A stretch of 63,948 nt of DNA, filler included, from Lenisia limosa (Eukaryota > Protista > Breviatea), in NCBI GenBank assembly GCA_001655205.1. It is 12 parts of 12 records of this genome, joined end to end, with 100 filler letters (N's around TTAATTAATTAA, not from the genome) between each part and the next. Parts side by side here need not be neighbours in the genome. Positions count along the whole stretch, not along the records: positions 34,082 to 39,602 come from LPNZ01009507.1; positions 39,703 to 44,099 come from LPNZ01010710.1; positions 44,200 to 45,596 come from LPNZ01005492.1; positions 45,697 to 62,014 come from LPNZ01010092.1; 8 more parts are not named here. The stretch is one strand, 5' to 3'. The position numbers and the translations under genes were made by a program. The notes beneath the pieces are model-generated. The model saw nothing but the letters and a program-made list of their open reading frames with translations, was not told where the DNA came from and did no database searches. Shown piece after piece: positions 34,090-46,608 of this stretch (its first letter is position 1; every line of letters starts with the position of its first letter).

Positions 34090-37000
34090 CTGATGGGGTT
34101 GTGAAGAAGGTGGCGGCGTCGACAGGTACCTGGGGGGGGGGTGAACGAAGGAAATTTCGATAAAGACAAGTGGCGTAAAGGAACTAATCACAAACCGAAT
34201 AATCTGAAACTCCAAACAAACAAAACACACACCAAAAACAAACGCGAAAACTAGACAAAAACCAGATGACAAAAACACAAAAAGGGTGTAAGAAGGTGAC
34301 ACATGCAGTTTGAAAACAACAAAAATACACAAAGCCAAAATTTGATGATGCAGAGTCTTTCAAATACCTTGAGATTTGACGAAGGGGTGAGGCCATGAGG
34401 CTCCATAGCAGCTAAAACAGACAAAAGAGCCTGGAGGGGCCCTGGGAAATGTAAGTAAAATCCCTGGGAGCTTTCAATTACCAATTCCTTAACCATTTCC
34501 CCCTTTCTTCTTCAACATCTTACTAAACATGTAGCTAAGAACAAACTATCAGATTAGGCCTTAACTCCAATTGTCTCCATAAACACCCACCAATTGGCTC
34601 GAAACGAGTTTGAGTCAGCTGAAGTGTCAGTAATGCGAAATGAATGATAAATACACGGAGGAGCATATGCATAGCATACCACCCCCACAGTATCGGCTGT
34701 ATAATACTGCATTATCCACCCCCACAGTATTGGCAAGGTTGTAGAAGTCAAAGGACTTGGCGTTGTCGAGAGCCATACGGAGCCTCTCTTCGCGGCTGGT
34801 TTTGAGAGCGACTGACTGGATGGAGGGGGGGGGGGGNNNNNNNNNNNNNNNNNNNNNNNNNNNNNNNNNNNNNNNNNNNNNNNNNNNNNNNNNNNNNNNN
34901 NNNNNNNNNNNNNNNNNNNNNNNNNNNNNNNNNNNNNNNNNNNNNNNNNNNNNNNNNNNNNNNNNNNNNNNNNNNNNNNNNNNNNNNNNNNNNNNNNNNN
35001 NNNNNNNNNNNNNNNNNNNNNTTATACCTATTTCCTCTACATATCAGATAAAATACAGTATAGCAATACAATATGATATTAATATTTCTTAAAAGTCTAT
35101 ATATCTATGTTATGCCATTGTAATATATACAGATAGACAAAACCTACTAATATGTCAAATCCACATGATAGAACCTACGCTGGTGGGAAGTTTCACTCCG
35201 CAGATCTCAATATACACAATTCTGAATCGTAAATATCAGTTCTTGAAGCAGGTTGCTCAACCAGAATGAAACCTCGGACTATAAGAATTTATCCATGAAT
35301 TTGGGGAGCAAATTTTGGTACTTTTTAATATTTCACTACACTCACCCACATGCCAGTCTTGGATACTCCACTATACCTAGGGCTTCCCTTTGGTCCCAAA
35401 AAAAGACTAAATTTCTCGATAATTTCTCGATAAATATCGATATTTTGACGGTCTTTTTCGGACCGTAGGAAAGCCCAATTATACCCCCTTCCCACGTGTC
35501 AGCCTTGGGCAAGTACTCCTGGATCCTGTCCCTGAAGTTTTTGATGAAGAAGCTGGAGGCCTTGGCCGCCTCAGTCAACACAATGACCGGCTCGGGCCTA
35601 ATGGGGTGAAGGGGGGGGGGGGNNNNNNNNNNNNNNNNNNNNNNNNNNNNNNNNNNNNNNNNNNNNNNNNNNNNNNNNNNNNNNNNNNNNNNNNNNNNNN
35701 NNNNNNNNNNNNNNNNNNNNNNNNNNNNNNNNNNNNNNNNNNNNNNNNNNNNNNNNNNNNNNNNNNNNNNNNNNNNNNNNNNNNNNNNNNNNNNNNNNNN
35801 NNNNNNNNNNNNNNNNNNNNNNNNNNNNNNNNNNNNNNNNNNNNNNNNNNNNNNNNNNNNNNNNNNNNNNNNNNNNNNNNNNNNNNNNNNNNNNNNNNNN
35901 NNNNNNNNNNNNNNATAAGAGCCTTATCAGGGGATTACTGTTAATAGTGATACTGCCCATCCATCCCCTATTGCGACGCAATACCTTACAACTGAAACAA
36001 CAACAATCACCTCTTTTTCAGAGACACACAAAATACCACCACAAACATAGCACCATCATCCCGCTTCCCAGCTTACCAAGAAGCAATAATTTCATCGAAA
36101 TGGAGGGTTTCTTTCGCCCAGTCATAGAGGGTGAAAAGACGGTCTAAGGAGTGAGACAAGAAAAAACGGTCTAAGGAGTGAGGCAAAGCGAATTTTTGTA
36201 ACTGCCACAAAGAGTACTGTCAAATTTGATGAACTGCTTTGTTTTGTTGAATGATACATAGGGCTTCACTTCGGTTCGAAAAAGACAGGTAAATTATCGA
36301 TAGTTTTCGAGGATTTATCGCGAAATTCAGTGTTTATTTTGAACCGAAGTGAAGACCTAATGATACGATGCCATATCTGCTACTTCGTGAAATAAATTGA
36401 GAATATAGCAACGCAAACTCTATTTAAACACTTTGATTACAAAATTTGTCAGTTAAGTTCCTCAAAAAAAGGTATGATTCGCATAATACTCCTATTTTTA
36501 CAGGGTGATTTGTTTATTTTATCGGCAAAAACACCTACCTGGACTGGGGGTACGCGGGATCTCCATGAAATGCATATCATCCTGAAGGGCGTGGGCTGCC
36601 ACACTACTGGGCGTGTCGGAGGCTAAAACAGATAAATGACTGGCAAGACAAGATATTAATAAAATCTGAGGATACAAAATACATAGGGACTGGTTTTAAT
36701 TCGTATTCTTTTATATTATATTTGGGCTTCAAGATTGTTTTTCTTCATGTACGTTCTCAAGAGTAGAAATAATATACCTTGATTCACATGTAGAGGTATT
36801 GAGTCAATAATACCCTTTGGTCCCCCAATCTTTTATTGAGTTGCTCCGTTTGCTCGGAGCCCCTGGAGGGTACAGGTTGAATAATACCCCCACCGCCGCT
36901 GCCGCGACATTTTTTAATTCATTACCATAATCCCGCTCCCTATTGTAACACTATCGTGGGCTCCTGTGAGAACTCCATTTCAGACTCTAATTTCAAATTT

Positions 37001-37620
37001 TATCAATTAATTTCTTCTAAAAATTTATTGCACGGAGCTCTAATAATATCCCAATATCTCAAGATCCTTCTAATCCCCACGATCTAATACCCCCCCCCCC
37101 TCTCATACGGGTTCGTCGATGTCCGCCGGCCGCATGAAGGTCACGTGAGTGAGAGGGGTTGCGCAGAAGAGACGATCTAAAGATCAGATTAATCGAAAGT
37201 TATCGCGCAAAAGAGACGATCTAAAGATAAGATGTGTCGACAACTATCACAAGAAGGGGCGATCTAAAGATCATATTTGTCGACAATTGCAACCTGTTTT
37301 CGTCACTCTAAATTAACTCCACCCCAGGCAGCATGCGAAGCTGTGAACCCCAAGTTGGTTCAGAGTGGCTTTCCGGCGTATTTGAAGAAAAGGCCCCACT
37401 ATACATTCCGGTTGCCAAAAACTCCTCGAATTACAATCCAAAAGAGAAAATTTGGTTTTGTATTTTATAGTATTATGTTTGTAAAAATATCATAAATAAA
37501 GTAGTTAATAAGGACCCCGATTTGAATGGCGAAATTACCTGTGAGGGGGAGGAGCAAGGCTGTTATGGGACGCCACGCGAGGCTTTGGCGTGATGATGAT
37601 AGAATCTGCGGGGTGAGCGG
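34090..37620 (-). CDS. Long multi-exon gene, product unknown
   Basis: AG/GT-bounded exons on the minus strand include DRLFTLYDWAKETLHFDEIIAS, PEPVIVLTEAAKASSFFIKNFRDRIQEYLPKADT, SVALKTSREERLRMALDNAK, GPLQALLSVLAAMEPHGLTPSSNLK and VPVDAATFFTTPSAH. Coordinates approximate. Confidence 0.5.
36261..36357. mobile_element. MITE family B copy
   Basis: TA|GGGCTTCACTTCGGTTCGAAAA...TTTTGAACCGAAGTGAAGACC|TA. Confidence 0.85.
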
Positions 37621-38829
37621 AAGGGAAGAACATTCGATGAAGAATTTTTGCGTTACGATAGTTGAAATGTGAAATGTATAATCTTGTATGTTGCCTAAAT
37701 ATTTGCCAAACATACGAAGGTTGAAAACAATACCTAATAAAACAAAAACATAGCCAATCGTCTTTGAAAAACACGTGACGGGAGAATGGAAAAACAAGTT
37801 AATCGAATAACAGCAACAACGCCAGCGTGAAAGATTGATATAGTATCACTTAGTTATCTCTATTTTCGCTGCCAAGGTTGCACTGATTCAAAAAAATATG
37901 GATATTTATCAAGAATAGTTTTGTTTATGGTATCCCGATGTATCTTTCTTTGAGTAATTATGTATTGCTCTCACAAATGACTGATCGAGGGTCTTTTTAA
38001 AAGCGTAGGGTAGCTTTTCCTTATCTAGAGGACCCATCATTATCTTATCATACAATACAATACATCATAATATAGCCGAAATTAAAAAGAAACAAGATGA
38101 TGTGATATAATACTGAAAAACTCAAATAAAGTGGAAATTATCATTATCAGAGGGTAATACTGTAATTTAGTGGCAACTGTCGAAATTTCTTTGAAACAAA
38201 ACAATTCCCCCAACAATTCCAAAAACAAAATCCAGATCCACGCATGGTATACATTGGTGAAATCATAGGCATAATACAGAAGATATAATACAGAAGATCA
38301 AGGTGGCCACGTGGGTGAGGCGTCATCCCATGTCAATCATTCAACCTTTATTATTATTATCCCAGCTCACCTCCCATGGTTTAATTTGAGTTAGCGGCTT
38401 CTGGAAGACTAAATGAAAGAAGCCGGTTGACAACAAAGGCTCGTCAATGCTCTAGCACAATTGTTTACGGCTCTAAATGATATTTACGGCTTCAATAAAG
38501 GGTAGAAGCTACAAGCGGGGGATTGTCGGAATGTATCTTCTGGAAGACAACGGTTTAGAAGGATAATTAGAAGATGTATCTTCTATTTCGCAACCACTGG
38601 GTTCCCTTATTTACTAATAAACAGGTTTTATCCAGTTTAGAGCATTTTGCGAATATGCCATAGCTTAAATATCGACGCCACGTCTACGTGACTATTTAAA
38701 TCCCTCTTTTTGTTCATTTTTCATCATTCTACGAATATTCCCGCTTGTTTTTGTTGTCTGTGTTGTTTTTGTATAAGGTGTTAAAAGACTAGAGCGAAAG
38801 CCAGCTTATAGTAAACACCTATTCTTAAG

Positions 38830-39240
38830 TGAATCCTCCTGGAGGCTTCAGAATGAAGATTTCAATCGAATTAGATGTAGGCTTTTCTATTTCAGAGAGC
38901 TAACCTGCAGTTCGATCAAAATGAGGCAAACAAACTGAAGGAACTCATCACCCAGCTGTCTTCTCTCGCCTCCAAGGTTTGCAATCGCCCTTTATGGAGG
39001 CTTATTATCTGTAGTCACAAACCTCCGTCAAAATCAATGGTCCTGAGCCTCAGCAGCCAACCATACAACCCAAGCAGAAAGGTGTGTGAGCATATCATTA
39101 GAACCAAACCAGTTTCTGATATCGATTACAACCTTGATGGCTTTTTCTCAATTCTTGCATGGACTTTTGTCGATTTTTGTTGCACCCTTGTTTTCAAAAG
39201 GGGAATGGAAACGAGAACTAATCCTTGTTTATGAGAACTA
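38830..39240 (+). CDS. Small multi-exon coiled-coil-like protein, unidentified
   Basis: Exons RANLQFDQNEANKLKELITQLSSLASK|SQTSVKINGPEPQQPTIQPKQK with canonical splice sites. Confidence 0.35.
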
Positions 39241-40349
39241 ATCCTTGTTTATGAAAGAGATAGAGAACTAATCGTTGTTTATGAAAGGGATAGAGAACTA
39301 ATCGCTGTTTATGAAAGGGATAAAAAAGATATCGATAATATGATATACTATATACTGTATATCATGTTATATATGATATATATATGTAATAAAAAGGTTT
39401 ATTGAAACACCTACAAGCAAGACAAATCATTTGAATTAGAATTCTATTGAGTGTTTTCAACCGAAATATATCATTTTTGAATGAGTGATTATCAAAAAAT
39501 ATCTTCAAGGAATAGAAATACTTTCCCGTTCCTTACGCCCTCGGTTTTATTGCTTGTTTTTTTGTCTGTTTGAAGCTTCAGTTAATTCACTCCGTGTTTC
39601 CTNNNNNNNNNNNNNNNNNNNNNNNNNNNNNNNNNNNNNNNNNNNNTTAATTAATTAANNNNNNNNNNNNNNNNNNNNNNNNNNNNNNNNNNNNNNNNNN
39701 NNGTTCACACCATCACTCCACACATCATCACGCATATCATATAAAGGATTGTCGGTTGAAGCTGCCCCCACGGGTATTGAGATTCCATAATATCATATTT
39801 CATGAAAACAACAGTTTGCACTGAGTGCTCTTTGTTGTACTTAGATTCAGACAAACCTGTAACATCAGGGGCGGTAGAAGACTTGTGGAATCCAGAATGT
39901 AGCCATACAGCATTTTAAACTCATTGTCAATAAAACCTGCANNNNNNNNNNNNNNNNNNNNNNNNNNNNNNNNNNNNNNNNNNNNNNNNNNNNNNNNNNN
40001 NNNNNNNNNNNNNNNNNNNNNNNNNNNNNNNNNNNNNNNNNNNNNNNNNNNNNNNNNNNNNNNNNNNNNNNNNNNNNNNNNNNNNNNNNNNNNNNNNNNN
40101 NNNNNNNNNNNNNNNNNNNNNNNNNNNNNNNNNNNNNNNNNNNNNNNNNNNNNNNNNNNNNNNNNNNNNNNNNNNNNNNNNNNNNNNNNNNNNNNNNNNN
40201 NNNNNNNNNNNNNNNNAAATAACACGAGGGTAACCAATGCCTGATGAAGAATATTGGCGGGTACTCATCATATAATCTCAAGAGAGATATAATATATCAT
40301 ATACTATATCAAATACAAGGGGTGAATCGCTTGCCCTAATCACATAGCA

Positions 40350-41190
40350 TCTTCAATGTGCTTTCACTACAAAAAGAATCTGACAAGCCTACCAATATCC
40401 TTGTCTTCACCAAAACAATGGGCCATTTCACTGAGAACAACCAGGTCCTTTTCGGTTACCACCAACCCTGATGAAGTTATCCTCATCTCAAATTCTGTAT
40501 TTATAGACACGCAAAGAAACCATTTTATCCAGACATGTAATGGAGTTATCTATCTCACAAAGAACATCGACAAAGAACATCAAGAACAACCCAAAATCCC
40601 ACCAAGTTCCTCGTAGAGACCCCGGACCGCCCCCTGTAAATGCGACTCCCCCGGCACCAAATGCTCCGCCGCCGACACGTCCACGCAGCCTGGAGAACAC
40701 TGACAAATCAGAGCCAAATCGTGTGAACATCTCATTTAGTATGTGTTCACCATTTCATTTAGTATGTACTAAATGAGAAATAAAACAAGGTATCCCAATG
40801 TATTAATTTATAGCCCTCGACTATGTTTAATGTAGTTCCATGCTCTCAACAAAACTCTTTTACTTTCCTACTTTTTTCAAATTAGATCTGGTCTGAACAA
40901 GGATTTTCCATCCTTCGTCTGATCGAGCCAAAATTGCCATATCCACGGACTAAAGGATTAAAAGACAGAAAATGAACGCTCAGTTAGGTGTTACTAAAAT
41001 GTCAGACTGAATATGAATAAAGTGAAACTTCACTCCCCCCGCTAATTCCGTTACCCATCCCCCTTTATAGCACCCACTCAATACACCCCACCTGGTGAAA
41101 GAGTCCCTGTAAGTGGACCATCTTCCGCGGCCGGACGCCCAGGTGCTCGCGGTCCGGCGAAAAAACGTCTAACGGCTCGTGATCATTGTT
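40350..41190 (+). CDS. 3' exons of a proline-rich protein
   Basis: ..KPTNILVFTKTMGHFTENNQ|TRKETILSRHVMELSISQ..DPGPPPVNATPPAPNAPPPTRPRS..|THSIHPPGERVPVSGPSSAAGRPGARGPAKKRLTARDHC*. Coordinates approximate. Confidence 0.4.
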
Positions 41191-42254
41191 GATTCCGTAC
41201 CTGGGGTGGATGGTTATTGTATTACTAATACCGAACTGGTTACTATTAATACCGAACTGGTTATTATAAATACCGTACCTGGGGTGAATAAAAAACACAC
41301 AACAAAGCCCTGCCAGGGGAAGGTGGTAGGTAAGGTATAGAATCAAGGTAATTCGTAAACATTATTAGGCTTGATGTGGACGGCTGTGAATACAACTAAT
41401 ATTATCATATGTTTGTAATGAAAAATCGGGATAAGCCGTCCATATCATGCTTATAAGAGATATTGAATTATTGTATCTGGCCGAAGCCATCCACACCATC
41501 ACGCTTAAAAGATATTGAATTAATGTGTAATCTTCATTCCTACACAACCTGATGCATCACAATTATTAGACATTGTGTGGACGGCGTATTCTCCCTATCA
41601 TAGAATATGCTATCTTGACTGAAAGGAACAAAAGGAATCCTACACCACATGCTTACAAGTGAGTTGATGGGGCTTCGTCTGTCATAATAGTAGTCAGCTA
41701 GCCAGTAGTCAATTAGTCTGTGCTGAGCTGATGTTATTGAGGCGCTTGCTCGAAAAGATTAACAGAAGTGACTGTAATTTCGTTCGTTTTTGTTGGAAGA
41801 GTTTCTCCTTCGATTCTTCCCCTAACAACTTAATTACTTCTACTAATTAATTAATACTAAATAACGCGAAGAGGGTGCAACTGGGTAAGAAGGCGAGAAA
41901 ATGGTGCTAACATTCATTTTTGATCGAGGGATACCCCAATTTTTTTTAATATTTTAATTTTTTTTTTTTTTCTAGGATCGTTTTGTGAAAAGACAGGCTT
42001 TAAAGCCTCTGTCAATGTGTATATAAAGAGGAAGAACATCACTAGAACATCAAGTATATCAGCTCTAACCAGATCACCTTTTCCGAGATTTGCATTTCCT
42101 TCCGAACACTTGCCTCCGGTAAGTGGTGTCTGCACCTTCTTGAAACGCTCTGAGTGAAGATCTTAATACAGGAACAACATTGTTGCGACATCTCTGAAGA
42201 GTTGATTTTTTTAGCGCTTGAATTGAAATCCCTCCAACCCTTCTGCCCCTTGCT

Positions 42255-43950
42255 ATGCCGTCCTACACACAAGATGTCTACGTTGGCGGATTCCCTAAGC
42301 TGAAAATGGTTTCCCTTCCACAGCTCATCCCTTACACGACTCAACGATGGCTGCCTGGGGAGCGACTCACGGGGTCAACCGTAGTCCGTTGCCACGAGCC
42401 ACGGAACATGGTCTGTGGCTACATGTCAGCTGAGGTTGACGACAACGAGGAGAAGATCGAGATTGAACACGCACCGGAGAAGGCCGACGACTTCTTCACA
42501 CGCATGACAAAGTTCGAGACGTCATCAACAATTGAGATCCAGGAGGAACCTGGTGGGTGCCGGGGTTCATGGATGGGGGGGATGGGATGTGTATGAGTAT
42601 GAGCATAGGATAAGAATGGTTGTTTGACAGAATGAAGTGTTTGACAAAACTTCTAGAATAATCTTTTGGGTGTGCCTTTTGTTGAAGTGGGTGATAGAGA
42701 TGACTGTATGGCGGAATGAATGGATACGGGTGGTATTATCTGTCTTAATAGGTACATATTGGTCATGTAATGACTTGGGTGTTTATGTAAAGATCAGAAG
42801 AATATCGAGATTTTTCTAGATTTTTTCATTTCGGAACCGAAGGTACATTCCTCCCGAGCAATTCTACTTTGTTGTTGTACTTTAATGAGGCTCAATCATA
42901 CCCCCCGCACACACACGAACACACAAAAGCCTGGTAATGAATTTATTGTTACCCTGAGCTTTCCAGTTGATGATAGAGGGAGATGAGTCAATATTCCTGA
43001 TAAACATGCTTTTGTGGATGGCTTCTGCCTGCTTCTAACCATGAGAATAGGATAAGACCAGAACAATAGAATATTTGTCCAGAATATTAAAATATTACCT
43101 TGTCTTAAAGTGATTCATTCTTATATGAGCCTCATAGGAAAGACCACACTTACCGTTTTTAGCTGGGGCTTCGAAGAAATACAGCCTTGGAGGCCTTCTC
43201 TACCTACCCCAGGTAGGCTATAATTAAGAGGGACATGGGGGGTTGTTAGGCTAATGGCAGCTGCCCTATGTGTCGAAAAGGACCATTGTATTGTAGAAGA
43301 TGTTCAAGAAATTTGTTTCTTTTGAAGACCATAGGAAGCCTTAGCTATCCCCAGTATGTTCACCTCCTTCTTAACATACTATAACATATGATACGTTTCG
43401 GAAGGATTCCAGGGTTTTGATTTTGGTTGACCTCAGTTTTGTTGCCAGTTTTCAAAGCGACAGGTAAATACATATTTTATATTATTATCATTAGATTTTT
43501 GCCCCGCCACTGCCTTGCTAAGATTATTGAATCTCTCTGCGCGTCTCAATATATGCCCTCCCCCACCTCTATACTAAAATATGTATAACCTCCTCCCCTT
43601 ATATCCCCCAGGCCAGCCGGCACCAGCCGATAGCTAGCTCCGTGCCGACTTTTGCCGCCATTTTCCCGCACCTTGCTCATTCTGTTCCCCGGACCGAGAA
43701 GACGCACGTGCGTGTTGAAGATAAGGATNNNNNNNNNNNNNNNNNNNNNNNNNNNNNNNNNNNNNNNNNNNNNNNNNNNNNNNNNNNNNNNNNNNNNNNN
43801 NNNNNNNNNNNNNNNNNNNNNNNNNNNNNNNNNNNNNNNNNNNNNNNNNNNNTTCTCAACCCAGCATTCTCGGCTTTATTTACGATATTAGGTTTCAAGT
43901 GAGTTGGACGAACCGCCGCCAGCCGAAGCGGTTTTACCAGCTCAACATAG
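42255..43950 (+). CDS. Arrestin-N-domain-like protein (partial)
   Basis: Spliced: MPSYTQDVYVGGFPKLKM|LIPYTTQRWLPGERLTGSTVVRCHEPRNM..EEP|AGASKKYSLGGLLYLPQ|ASRHQPIASSVPTF..|GFIYDIRFQVSW. Resembles the arrestin-N pattern Y.PGE.V.G.V / G..Y.F...LP..P.SF / G.I.Y.L. Confidence 0.45.
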
Positions 43951-44667
43951 TGGTGGTAAGAGGAAGGTACTCGATGCAAAAGAAGCTTTTCAGAAATTCT
44001 ACCTGCTCGCCATCCATTGAACCCCTGGGCTTTGTTTGTTTTGTTATCAACTCTAGTGTGTTGTCAGCCAACAGAGTTGATTTAGCCTTTTTTTTTATTN
44101 NNNNNNNNNNNNNNNNNNNNNNNNNNNNNNNNNNNNNNNNNNNTTAATTAATTAANNNNNNNNNNNNNNNNNNNNNNNNNNNNNNNNNNNNNNNNNNNNA
44201 TTATAGTGAACAAACAATGCCAGGACAATTGCTCCGTGTGTCTTCTCAAGGTAAGCAGCGAAGAATGAGACATCATATTATAGAATTAGGGTCCAGGTCT
44301 TTTACTCATTTAACTTCTCAATGGGAGAAGCAGCTAGCCATACCCTTCATCCATGTTGCTACATAGCTTCGTTCATGCTTTTCTCCTATAAATTCTCACG
44401 GTGTTTTGTTTTGTTCACCCCCCCCCCCCTTNNNNNNNNNNNNNNNNNNNNNNNNNNNNNNNNNNNNNNNNNNNNNNNNNNNNNNNNNNGCACACTTCCC
44501 CACTGAAAAGGTCTTAACTCTGTTCCTTGCCACCCCACTTGTTTTTATTATGTATTTCTGTTATTTGGTTTCTTCTGAAAGCAGGTACATAAAAACAAAA
44601 ACGAAACCAGCCCGACAAATCAAGTCTAAAATACAATCCACCTACACTACAATCCACCATGTACCAT

Positions 44668-44945
44668 GTTCACTTATCACGACTGTCGTAATGTTTTCGC
44701 ATTTGCTCAGTAAACTCCTTGTTACACATTTCACCAAGTTTCTTCTGGAACTCTCCCTTGTCAAACTACAAAGTGAAACAATGGCAAAGGGAGCAAAAAA
44801 TAAAATAAGAAAATGGTAAAGACCCCCCTCCCTTTTACAAGCCTCCCACCTCCGAGAAGAATCTTTCTCCAATGCAAATGTACTTATCTTCACGCCTTTT
44901 CTCGGCCTTTTCGCTCACTAAACTGAAGTACTTCTGTTGAACCCA
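44668..44945 (-). CDS. Last two exons of an unidentified protein
   Basis: WVQQKYFSLVSEKAEKRREDKYICIGERFFSE|GEFQKKLGEMCNKEFTEQMRKHYDSRDK*, with canonical splice sites. Coordinates approximate. Confidence 0.45.
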
Positions 44946-44972
44946 TCTGAAAAGGTATATCAGGAGGGGTAT

Positions 44973-45100
44973 AATTGTACCTGTCTCAGTACTCTCATAA
45001 TTGTACCTGTCTCAGTACTCTCATAATTGTACCTGTCTCAGCACTCTCATAATTGTACCTGTCTCAGCACTCTCATAATTGTACCTGTCTCAGCACTCTC
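44973..45100. repeat. 26-bp tandem repeat (~5 units)
   Basis: TAATTGTACCTGTCTCAG(T/C)ACTCTCA units. Confidence 0.9.
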
Positions 45101-45790
45101 ATCTGAGGAAACAATACACCACCGTCATATTGTTTATGCTCACTTTTACGTTGATTTGGGCATACTTTCCTTAACCGCCCCCCCCCCCCNNNNNNNNNNN
45201 NNNNNNNNNNNNNNNNNNNNNNNNNNNNNNNNNNNNNNNNNNNNNNNNNNNNNNNNNNNNNNNNNNNNNNNNNNNNNNNNNNNNNNNNNNNNNNNNNNNN
45301 NNNNNNNNNNNNNNNNNNNNNNNNNNNNNNNNNNNNNNNNTACTCCGTATCAATTGCCTGGATAATTATTCGGTGTGGTTTATGGTATCCCTATGAATTA
45401 TTTTTTATCAAGATTGTATTTGGTGAATTTCCTTTCCCTCAAATAAAAATAAAACAAAAACAGTTGCCTAGTTTCAGAAAATTTGCTGCGTGGTTGATAG
45501 TGGAGTGGGAGGGGGGGTAAGCAAGTGGGGGTAGGTGAGCAGTGGTAAACATAAAAAAAAAGGCCCATAATCAACTCTGTTGGTTGACAACACACGNNNN
45601 NNNNNNNNNNNNNNNNNNNNNNNNNNNNNNNNNNNNNNNNTTAATTAATTAANNNNNNNNNNNNNNNNNNNNNNNNNNNNNNNNNNNNNNNNNNNNGAGG
45701 ACAGATGAACAGTAACTCAGTAACTAAAGATCACTATGCATGAAAAGGTTAATTCGTTGTTGTATTTAACACATTATTTCTAACCCCGTA

Positions 45791-46514
45791 GAGCTGGAAG
45801 AGAAGACCATGCCCTCTGGACAGGCAGTTGATGACCTCCTTGGTGAACTTGATGCGCTTGACATCAAGATTGCCCCTGATGTCGAGCTTGAGGAGGAGGA
45901 CGAAAGATGTTCGCCCAAAACCCGGCCAGTCGAAGACGACTCTCATCCAAGCCCATTTGTGTCAAGGTATGCATGTTCCCTTTGTGCAAATGGAAACCTT
46001 TGTTTTTTCTCGATTTTACTGTCGACATATAAATCATAGCAAACCCTATGTCCCCGTTAATAAATCTAGCGGCTTTGTTTTTGTCCGCAACGCTCGTTGT
46101 TTCTCCAGCATTGTCGATTGTTACTTAATACACTGTAGCGCAATTCCACTGGAAACTGAGGAGCCGAGCTCCGAGATCGGCTTTGGCCTCGATACCGCTC
46201 TTGCTGAACTTGACGACCTCAATTTGACCGAAATGCCTGGTTTGTCGGGGTCATTGTTAGATCTCATCAATTTCTTTGGAAGTGCCAAATTGTGATCTTT
46301 AAACGACTGAGATAGGGGGATTTGCCACACTTCTGAAGGAGTCACGTTTTTTTTTTTTTTCGGGTTTCTTCATGACTTTTGTAAACGTTCTCACGATTTC
46401 AGCAATGACGGAGGGCATGGAAGCAACAGTGGTGGCCCATGAAGACGACGCTGGGGGCCTCAGTGACTGTTCAGTCAAAATGAGCGATGGAGAAGAAGAC
46501 ATAGATGAGCTCTA
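45791..46514 (+). CDS. 3' exons of an acidic protein with LD-like leucine/aspartate motifs
   Basis: Phase-consistent: ELEEKTMPSGQAVDDLLGELDALDIK..SPFVS|SAIPLETEEPSSEIGFGLDTALAELDDLNLTEMP|AMTEGMEATVV..DGEEDIDEL*. Confidence 0.55.
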
Positions 46515-46608
46515 GTTTACTAAACCACTATTTAATAATGTAAAGTTTGACAAGCTATATTCTAAAAAAACCCTAGTGTACAGAAACATGAAACAAAACA
46601 TACAGCCC

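Noticed and set aside
34340-34460. Possible PPR repeat (LAAMEPHGLTP)
   Set aside because: A single weak match with no recognisable repeated 35-aa units.
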